Source: an uncultured virus (IMG/VR IMGVR_UViG_3300027805_000001)
Lineage: Duplodnaviria; Heunggongvirae; Uroviricota; Caudoviricetes
IMG/VR virus record: IMGVR_UViG_3300027805_000001
Length of the DNA: 64,000 nucleotides
Reading direction: 5' to 3' (one strand)
Each line of letters opens with the position of its first letter. Position 1 is the first letter of the stretch. The notes beneath the pieces were generated by a model, which saw only the letters and a program-made list of their open reading frames with translations, was not told the origin of the DNA and did no database searches. The position numbers and the translations under genes were made by a program. This document shows, piece after piece, positions 57,314-64,000 of this stretch.

Positions 57314-57673
57314 TTACGGTAGTAAGCCGTCTCCATCTGGAAGAAATAAGCGCACAAATACTGTTGGCTCACCTTCCCAGTTCTGTATTTCAGCACTGCT
57401 CAGCTTCCATTCCTCAAAATTTTTATCAAGCTCTTGCTTCACGACCTTCATAAAAATGTTCATGAGAACATCATTGCCCAAAAAATGATCTTTTGGCAGT
57501 CGATAAAAAATTATCCACTTTATTCCGCGTTCACCATCAAGTGATGCACGTGCTACTCCTACCTTGAATGATGGCGTCTTAATAGCTTTGACGATGCTGT
57601 TCTTCACAGCGTACATCTTTTCACGCTGATCTACAAGAAAACCTTCACTGATGTACTGTTTAAATGTGATCAT
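57314..57673 (-). CDS. putative internal protein (MITFKQYISE leader)
   Basis: Leader motif; ATGA coupling. Confidence 0.65.
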   Translation of the reverse strand: MITFKQYISEGFLVDQREKMYAVKNSIVKAIKTPSFKVGVARASLDGERGIKWIIFYRLPKDHFLGNDVLMNIFMKVVKQELDKNFEEWKLSSAEIQNWEGEPTVFVRLFLPDGDGLLP

Positions 57674-58095
57674 TTTTCTGACAACTTGACTGAGATAACC
57701 AACTGGCGAGTTTCTTTTCCATATGTCCAAGAACGCTCTTTTGCTACAACTTCATCTATCTTATATCCGGCTTCAGCAAATCTTTCTGTGAAGATGCTTC
57801 TAAACAGACTATCTACACGCTTCATGTTTAGCTTGAACCAGTCCAGTCCAAGACCAAGCTGCTTTTGCTTGTCTGACGGCGTAACGAAAAGAGCAGTGGT
57901 TCCCGACGATAGGTTTATGGAAATCTCAGGCATAGTAGTGCTAACACTTGATGGCACAACCCTTAGACTACGCGCAAGTTCTTCTTTGCCATCTTTGAGC
58001 ACATGTCCAAGTTTTCTTCGAGTTTCAATAACGTCCTTAGTAGTTACCTTTCTAACAGCACCTTCCTCTATGAACTGTTTGAACGTTTGTCTCAT
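57670..58095 (-). CDS. putative internal protein (MRQTFKQFIEE leader)
   Basis: Leader motif; ATGA coupling. Confidence 0.65.
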   Translation of the reverse strand: MRQTFKQFIEEGAVRKVTTKDVIETRRKLGHVLKDGKEELARSLRVVPSSVSTTMPEISINLSSGTTALFVTPSDKQKQLGLGLDWFKLNMKRVDSLFRSIFTERFAEAGYKIDEVVAKERSWTYGKETRQLVISVKLSEK

Positions 58096-58571
58096 TTGAT
58101 ACCGTACCTTTCTTTGTCCCACTTTAACCAGTCAGGCGGATACTTAGTCCTGAAGCTAAGCTGAATACGCAATGGAAGGTCAAACCCTGGAACATGGTGC
58201 TGTGTAGGATCAAGCAGCTTAACGTCTGAAACATCAACATCAACAAAGTGCTTACTTAGTTCAGCTCTAAGAAGCTTTGGTAACATACTACTAATCAAGT
58301 CAGCATTTAGCGATTTCTTACGAAGTAGCACCTGCATCAGACATCTTTCTGTAGAATAAGGACGAACTGAACGACTAGTGTAAATCCACGGAAGTCGATG
58401 GTCAGACTGTACCTTGAAGTTGGCTACTGGTATCTTGAAGATACGAGACATATTGGGAATGATGGTGTTGTATAGAGCCGCAAGTCCCCTATCACGCGAA
58501 GTTGGATAGTTACCAAAAACATAGGTGTGGCCTTTGAAGCTACCACTTTCAAAAAGCTCAGTTACTTTCAT
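58092..58571 (-). CDS. putative internal protein (MKVTELFE leader)
   Basis: Leader motif; ATGA coupling. Confidence 0.65.
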   Translation of the reverse strand: MKVTELFESGSFKGHTYVFGNYPTSRDRGLAALYNTIIPNMSRIFKIPVANFKVQSDHRLPWIYTSRSVRPYSTERCLMQVLLRKKSLNADLISSMLPKLLRAELSKHFVDVDVSDVKLLDPTQHHVPGFDLPLRIQLSFRTKYPPDWLKWDKERYGIK

Positions 58572-58924
58572 TTTTCTTCAAGGTTAAAGTTGATTCGAAC
58601 GGTGCCCTGGTTTTTATCAACCCAGCTTGAACGGAGCTCAAGCTTCTTGAAGCGCTCCTTGAGGTTGGCAGTCAGCAGCTTGGTGAGCATTGACATGAAG
58701 AACTCCTCGTTGCCCTTGACCTTCTTAGGGATCTTGATTGTCCAGTGCTGCACGAACTTGTCGATCTGGGGCAGGAACTGCTTCACCGAGATGCTACGCT
58801 CCGAGATCTTGAACTTTTCGGCAACATCGCTCTTGACGTTGCTGGCGAAGCTCTTGCTCGAAGCCAAACTTGGGTAGTCTGCCCAGTACTCACGTTCCTC
58901 TGATAGAAGTTCAGTTACCTTCAT
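58568..58924 (-). CDS. putative internal protein (MKVTELLSE leader)
   Basis: Leader motif; ATGA coupling. Confidence 0.65.
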   Translation of the reverse strand: MKVTELLSEEREYWADYPSLASSKSFASNVKSDVAEKFKISERSISVKQFLPQIDKFVQHWTIKIPKKVKGNEEFFMSMLTKLLTANLKERFKKLELRSSWVDKNQGTVRINFNLEEK

Positions 58925-59661
58925 AGCTTGTCCGTTAGCGAGCGCTGATATTCATCAATTGCGTGGCGCAACTGTTCTAACGTGATATCGCATCTTTTGT
59001 TTTTAGATAAATTGTGTTCCCAAGGAATACAGACAAGATTACAAATGTGACCAATGATTTCAGGATCTACATTCAGCCTGAAACCTTCCTGAATAGAAAA
59101 TCTATGATCTATGTTGTGGGCACCGGGCGTACCCGGTGCCCCGCGCTTCTCAATATGCGGCAATTGCGATAAATCAAATTTATTTTGGAAACGTCTAACT
59201 GCCAGTTCATATTTTCTAAAATCACTTTGTTTGTCTCTTGGGATCCAATTGCCCATATTTTCATTGGTGAGCCTTACCTTGGGTGCAGCTTTTCTCGCAG
59301 CACGTTGATATCCCGATAATCCATCTACCCCGATTTTTGAATTTGCCTCTTTAATTTTCAATGCCTTTAGGTGTAACACAGATATCCCATCCACGAAAGT
59401 ATTTTTCATAGTGGCAACTGATTTATGTGCTGATGCAATTGCTGTTTCCTTGTAAGAAGGATCCTGCTTTGTAGTAATCATCTTTTGTATTCTCAGTCCT
59501 TCAGAGCATAACTTATTACCGCAGGTAGCAAACCACCTATTTCTGTTTTCGTGTTTTCTGGCTGGTTTTCCACACTGAAGGCAGTCAGGTATAGATCCAT
59601 CTTCATTGAGGGGGCGCCTATTACACGATCTTGCCTGTTGCTGATATAATTTTTGGTGCAT
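58921..59661 (-). CDS. HNH-like homing endonuclease
   Basis: N-terminal CxxC...C..C finger; C-terminal NIDHRFS...GHICNL...EHNLSK His-Me finger. Confidence 0.7.
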   Translation of the reverse strand: MHQKLYQQQARSCNRRPLNEDGSIPDCLQCGKPARKHENRNRWFATCGNKLCSEGLRIQKMITTKQDPSYKETAIASAHKSVATMKNTFVDGISVLHLKALKIKEANSKIGVDGLSGYQRAARKAAPKVRLTNENMGNWIPRDKQSDFRKYELAVRRFQNKFDLSQLPHIEKRGAPGTPGAHNIDHRFSIQEGFRLNVDPEIIGHICNLVCIPWEHNLSKNKRCDITLEQLRHAIDEYQRSLTDKL

Positions 59662-61498
59662 TGAAGATCTCTTGATGTGACGGTTTGTGAGAACTATTTA
59701 TTGTCCGGCGATCAGTTTCAACGTAGATCCACTTGTTCTTGACCGAGCTGAACTTGTAGAGACGGGCTGCAATCTTCATTTCAGGCGGATATTCCAGCCT
59801 GAAGAATGATCCATCGGTCTGCCCAGCAACATCGGGTAGCTTAAAGCCAGTTTCATATGGCTGTCCGTCAGGTGGTAAACCATCCTCAACGTACTTACCT
59901 CTACCATCATAGCTTCCTGGGCGGTTAGCCATGTCAGCTCCTGAAGCAAGCTCACGAACGTTGGTGCCCTTTTCAGGTACTCTCTGTTCTGCTTCTGCCT
60001 GATTGGCCTCGGTTACGGTCAACTGCGCGGTTTGTATCTGTTGAATACCGTCAAAGAACGAACCATCGTCAATGATGTACTTTTGCGTATCGGCTGTTCC
60101 CAATATGTCACGATGCTCTTGCCCGGGTATCAGGTGCTGCGCCGTTACTCGGTACATAATTGGTTTCCAACCAGTGGTGTAACCTTCTGACGACCAAGCA
60201 ACGTCATTTACCTCAAGGAACTTCCGCACAGGCTTTAAGTTGTGATCGTACTGCAGCTCAGCAGGAAGCTCAATAACGTCTCCTACAACTATAGGACGAC
60301 CAAGTGCACGAACCATCTCAGCAAAAGACAGAGTGAACGTGTAGATGTCAGCTATCTGGAAGACAAACTTAGTTAGATCTCCCATTCCGTCAAATGGCTG
60401 ATACGCGGCCTTCAGCTGAATGCTGGTGTTAGCGTAGTCGCGATCACGATTTTCCATCCAAAACGTATCCTGGATGTTATCAAGCCTTGTCGCTTGGAAA
60501 TCAAACAGCTCTATCTTGTCAACTACCCACGCGTTTGAAGGGCCACCAACAAAGACGGTTGGCACCAGTCTCCAGAAGCGTGAGGCGCTTGACTGCTTGA
60601 TGTTGATGAGGGCAGACGGAACGTCTGGTAGGTTAACCACATCAACCCTGTACCAATCAAGCTCAACAGGAACGGTAAAAAAATCACCTGCAGCAAAGGG
60701 TATGTTTCCATTAAGGACGGTGAATGAACCCACTGGTGAGTTGAACTGCTGACCAACTGTAGCGACCCCAAGAATACTTGTACCAGTTGATGAGGTAAAC
60801 GTTACGCTGAAGGTTGTTGAATTTGCAGCAACCAGCATAAACGCGCCTGGCCTACTTTCTATTCCAGGTCTAAAGGAGGTAATACTTCCATTGCCAGCAC
60901 CCGTGAACAGCACCTTTGACTGATCTACTTTGTATCCACCAGTAGAGCGTTCTACTCTTACCTGTCTGGCTCTTACCGGGCCTGGCTGCGAAATACGAAA
61001 TGACGTGATGTGCTGTGCAGCAGGAGTGAACGGCACTGTTTCTGGAAGACCATAGGTAGTCTTCCTTGGACCAAAATCATATCCAATCCAAGCAGGTACC
61101 GTAAGAACACTAAGACCCGTTTCTGAGCTTGTCCAAGCTGATGCAAGAGAGTCAAACGCAGCTTCAGCATTGCCACTTGACGAGATAGCGTGACCATCGC
61201 CTGTCACATCTACAAGTCTACCTTGTTCATGCACACCAAGCAGCTTGAACACGTTGATGTTTGCTCCACTGATGTTTAGGTTTTCGGCGGCAAGACTTTC
61301 TTGATAAAGGTTTTCAACAGTATAGCAGTCACCTTGCGAAATCCTAAAATCTCCTGTACAAAGCTCAGGAGGAACATACGGATTAGATGGCGTTGGCTGA
61401 TTTGCTGGCAACCCACCATTTGGCTGAGTGTTGAATGACCCAGCGCCATCAGGGCACTCAGTGATTGGTAAGGTTGGGACTGTGATTGGTGTCGGCAT
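59621..61498 (-). CDS. neck protein (gp14-like) with inserted beta domains
   Basis: IQDTFWMENRDRDY, DLTKF, GRPIVVGDVIELP; follows gp13. Confidence 0.75.
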   Translation of the reverse strand: MPTPITVPTLPITECPDGAGSFNTQPNGGLPANQPTPSNPYVPPELCTGDFRISQGDCYTVENLYQESLAAENLNISGANINVFKLLGVHEQGRLVDVTGDGHAISSSGNAEAAFDSLASAWTSSETGLSVLTVPAWIGYDFGPRKTTYGLPETVPFTPAAQHITSFRISQPGPVRARQVRVERSTGGYKVDQSKVLFTGAGNGSITSFRPGIESRPGAFMLVAANSTTFSVTFTSSTGTSILGVATVGQQFNSPVGSFTVLNGNIPFAAGDFFTVPVELDWYRVDVVNLPDVPSALINIKQSSASRFWRLVPTVFVGGPSNAWVVDKIELFDFQATRLDNIQDTFWMENRDRDYANTSIQLKAAYQPFDGMGDLTKFVFQIADIYTFTLSFAEMVRALGRPIVVGDVIELPAELQYDHNLKPVRKFLEVNDVAWSSEGYTTGWKPIMYRVTAQHLIPGQEHRDILGTADTQKYIIDDGSFFDGIQQIQTAQLTVTEANQAEAEQRVPEKGTNVRELASGADMANRPGSYDGRGKYVEDGLPPDGQPYETGFKLPDVAGQTDGSFFRLEYPPEMKIAARLYKFSSVKNKWIYVETDRRTINSSHKPSHQEIFNAPKIISATGKIV

Positions 61499-61499
61499 G

Positions 61500-62270
61500 C
61501 TAACTACATTTAGTGTGATACCTATTTAGCGCAACCAACGTAGTTTCCTTACCACATCCAGTACAAATACCACGGCGGCTTAGCGGGCTGTTGCCCTTCA
61601 TTCGGGCACCAAGTGCTAGCTTTTCAGTCTCTGACATAGGAATGCCCTTTGGGCGGCCGCCTCTGTTGGTGCCGCGTTGGTTCTTTGTTGCTGCTGCTTT
61701 CTGGCCGCGCTCGATGAGAACTTCTTGGGATACTGAGGAGTAGTAGCGCTGTTGGCCGGCCTGAAGGTTAGCTAGTTGCTCGGCAGTGCGCTTCTTGCCC
61801 GTGTTTGCTTTGGCCCTTTTTGCTGCAGCTTCAGGTGTGGAGATCTTCTTGATGTGCTCAGCCATCGCAGTTGGGTCTGCTTTACGTTTGGCCCACATCT
61901 GTTTTGAAGCTTCAGAGTTCTTCCTTTTGCTTTCCTCTGTGTTACGATGACCCGGGGCATGGCCAATACCACCTGCAACATTCACACACAATGGGTCGGC
62001 GCGGAGTTCCTTAGTCAGCAGTTCTTCTTCCCTATTGGCAACTGCTTTTCGAGATGGGTGTTGTTCAAGTATCTCATACACATGGTTCTCTTTTCCATAC
62101 TTCTTAACACTGCGTGATAGAATTTGTCCGCTGCCAAGATAACCGTCATTGAGGTTGTCAGTAGAGTGCATCCCAATATACCACTTACCCGTAATGGTAC
62201 AAGTGGTTTTGTAGATGACATGGAATTTGCGCTGATCAGCACGATTGATTGGCTTTTTGCGTTCTGGCAC
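61500..62270 (-). CDS. GIY-YIG (Seg-like) homing endonuclease
   Basis: VIYKTTC...KWYIGMHST...DGYLGSG...KYGKEN; TAAATA at 62301. Confidence 0.9.
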   Translation of the reverse strand: MPERKKPINRADQRKFHVIYKTTCTITGKWYIGMHSTDNLNDGYLGSGQILSRSVKKYGKENHVYEILEQHPSRKAVANREEELLTKELRADPLCVNVAGGIGHAPGHRNTEESKRKNSEASKQMWAKRKADPTAMAEHIKKISTPEAAAKRAKANTGKKRTAEQLANLQAGQQRYYSSVSQEVLIERGQKAAATKNQRGTNRGGRPKGIPMSETEKLALGARMKGNSPLSRRGICTGCGKETTLVALNRYHTKCS

Positions 62271-62319
62271 AATGATCTCCTGTGAAGTAGAAGTGTGACA
62301 TATTTATGCAAAAATGTAA

Positions 62320-63999
62320 CTATCCAATCAAAAAACTGGTGTTACCATGCCCGATACCACCACCACCAAACTCATTGTTCAGTAGCTGTTCACGAAGTTC
62401 AGTCATGTCCTGTCGTGCTTCACTGATAAGCATTTCGCCGTTGAGGTTTATCGGTCCTTGTGCTCCTGGGGTGCCTGAGCTAAACTTGCTGCGAATTAGC
62501 CCCAGCTGCTCCTTGCACTCTGCAAGCGCCCAGTTCTGTATAAACTGCTTCGAGTATCTGTCAAGCACCAGTTCCTGTTCGGTTCTCTCACAGTATGCCT
62601 CAATGATGACCTTTTCATTTCGAGCAATTCTGCGCGTCACTAGTAGCTCACGCGTTGGTTCGTCCCACTGGAACATCATGTCACCGGCAAATATTCGCTG
62701 AAAGTCCTCTGAAAGTCCGTGCACGAGGTGGATTGATAGAACGTCGGTGTATCCGGAACTGTAGTACTGATTTAGAAATGTTTGAAAGTAGATGTTACTA
62801 TCCCAGTTCAGCGCGTTGGCGCCTAGAATATTTAGGCGATGGATCTTGTTGATGCCTACGATTTTGTCAGTGCCATCAGCAGCAGAATTAAGGTAGTAAA
62901 CCTGTTGACCTTCAATAAGCGTAAACATGATGTATTTTCTTGTATACGCTCCATCACACAGGTGTCTGTAAGTATCAAGCGCGTTATCTATGGCGATGTT
63001 GAACTGCTCTTCCTTCAGTTCAACGCACATGACAGGCCACCCAAGCTGATTTTTCAGTATCTTGATAAGTCGAACCCGTTCATCATACGACCCGTCTGTT
63101 CCGATAGCGACCTTATCAGTGGTTGGCGTTCCCTGTTGATCTGTGTTTGCCTGCTGCCAAGTTGTTCCCGTCCAAACATTCAGAACTTTTGAAGAAGTAT
63201 TATAGAAAAGCTGACCAACATAAGGAGCAGGTGCATCAACGCTGTCAGCAATAAGAGGAGCAGTAAATGCTGGTGTTAACGGTGGCCTATTGAAAAGTGA
63301 ATTTGCCGAGCTGGGGAATACCCATTCAACTCCATTCCAGTACTGGCCTCTTTGAGTGGTAAAGTTCCAAAAGAAATCACCAACACCCGCAGTTTCTGGC
63401 AGCGAGATACCAGAAGATTGTGATGCTATTGGAACCCAGGCCGGACCAGGTACTTGCAGTTGAAGGTTTTGGGAGTTAGCGTCTACCCATGTAGCCCCAT
63501 CAAATATCTTCAACCTACCCTGGGTAGTTAAAAAGTATGTTTGGCCAATGGACCCAGGATTGTTGGGCCCTGACATAATGCTGTCGGAACGAGTTGGTAT
63601 CCACTGACTTCCAGTCCAGTACTGAACTATGTTCAACCCCTTGTCGTGGTAAACCATTCCAGGAGATGGAGAAACAGGAGCTTCAGGCAGAGAAGGAATG
63701 TTGCCTGAGTAAGATGAGCTGTCCTTTTCTATTCGGCTGGCTTCAAGCGGATAGGTTTGAACTCCCAGCGGATAGTACTGAAGAATGTTAGAGCACGCGT
63801 GAACAGAGGCGTAGTAGAGAGTATCTGACTGCGTGTTGTTAACTGTCAACTCAAATGTTGACATTCCAGTTGCAGCATTGGGCGTGCCTGGAAGTGGTGC
63901 CCCAAGAATGTGCGAGTAAAATGCTACTACGTGGGCACCATCAACTCCCTCGATTTTGTCAGCAGGAACTGAAAAGTCGGTGCTCCCAGTGTATCTTTC
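62320..63999 (-). CDS. neck protein (gp13-like) with N-terminal repeats; starts beyond window end
   Basis: LGWPVMCVELKEEQ...AL, WALAECKEQLG.IRSKF...LNGE; reading frame stays open upstream of 63864 to the window edge. Confidence 0.85.
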   Translation of the reverse strand, partial: ERYTGSTDFSVPADKIEGVDGAHVVAFYSHILGAPLPGTPNAATGMSTFELTVNNTQSDTLYYASVHACSNILQYYPLGVQTYPLEASRIEKDSSSYSGNIPSLPEAPVSPSPGMVYHDKGLNIVQYWTGSQWIPTRSDSIMSGPNNPGSIGQTYFLTTQGRLKIFDGATWVDANSQNLQLQVPGPAWVPIASQSSGISLPETAGVGDFFWNFTTQRGQYWNGVEWVFPSSANSLFNRPPLTPAFTAPLIADSVDAPAPYVGQLFYNTSSKVLNVWTGTTWQQANTDQQGTPTTDKVAIGTDGSYDERVRLIKILKNQLGWPVMCVELKEEQFNIAIDNALDTYRHLCDGAYTRKYIMFTLIEGQQVYYLNSAADGTDKIVGINKIHRLNILGANALNWDSNIYFQTFLNQYYSSGYTDVLSIHLVHGLSEDFQRIFAGDMMFQWDEPTRELLVTRRIARNEKVIIEAYCERTEQELVLDRYSKQFIQNWALAECKEQLGLIRSKFSSGTPGAQGPINLNGEMLISEARQDMTELREQLLNNEFGGGGIGHGNTSFLIG

Positions 64000-64000
64000 A

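Larger units (their letters stand above)
217..62306. promoter_or_regulatory. recurrent late promoter TAAATA (about 20 sites; span marks first to last)
   Basis: TAAATA oriented toward the next gene at 217, 4997(+), 8360, 14581, 17645, 22602, 28662, 28736(+), 35687, 38561, 41183, 43624, 46816, 48331, 49037, 49075(+), 51554, 53215, 55179, 57311, 62301; resembles T4 gp55 TATAAATA. Confidence 0.75.

Noticed and set aside
1..64000. tRNA, rRNA, integrase, transposase or reverse transcriptase genes
   Set aside because: None recognisable; intergenic gaps are short and explained by promoters and terminators (a tRNAscan run would be needed to exclude tRNAs formally)

Overview
This window is part of a large T4-like (jumbo) myophage genome, almost entirely on the minus strand. 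Bases 1-32.6 kb hold early and replication genes: ATP-dependent DNA ligase, SprT-like protease, Pol-beta nucleotidyltransferase, a ParE-like toxin/antitoxin pair, a DnaE-type polymerase split into two small genes, clamp loader, GroES, dCMP deaminase, NrdA/NrdB/glutaredoxin, GH108 endolysin, UvsW/UvsY/UvsX/gp32 and an HD-kinase. Bases 32.6-64 kb hold late virion genes (fibre with S74 chaperone, terminase, gp4, tube, sheath, gp15, gp14, gp13), interleaved with most of the window's ~7 free-standing endonuclease genes. The most striking unexplained features are two. First, three paralogous genes are built from 63-bp/21-aa LRR-like modules with a constant scaffold and four hypervariable positions, reminiscent of a variable binder repertoire. 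Second, about 20 mostly unrelated small late genes share a T4 internal-protein-like capsid-targeting leader (MKVxELLxE / MxTFKQFxxE), and two of the LRR genes carry it. Two promoter classes are readable: early GTGTACA-16-TATAAT, often leaderless, and late TAAATA. All calls come from motif recognition by eye; no database searches were run.
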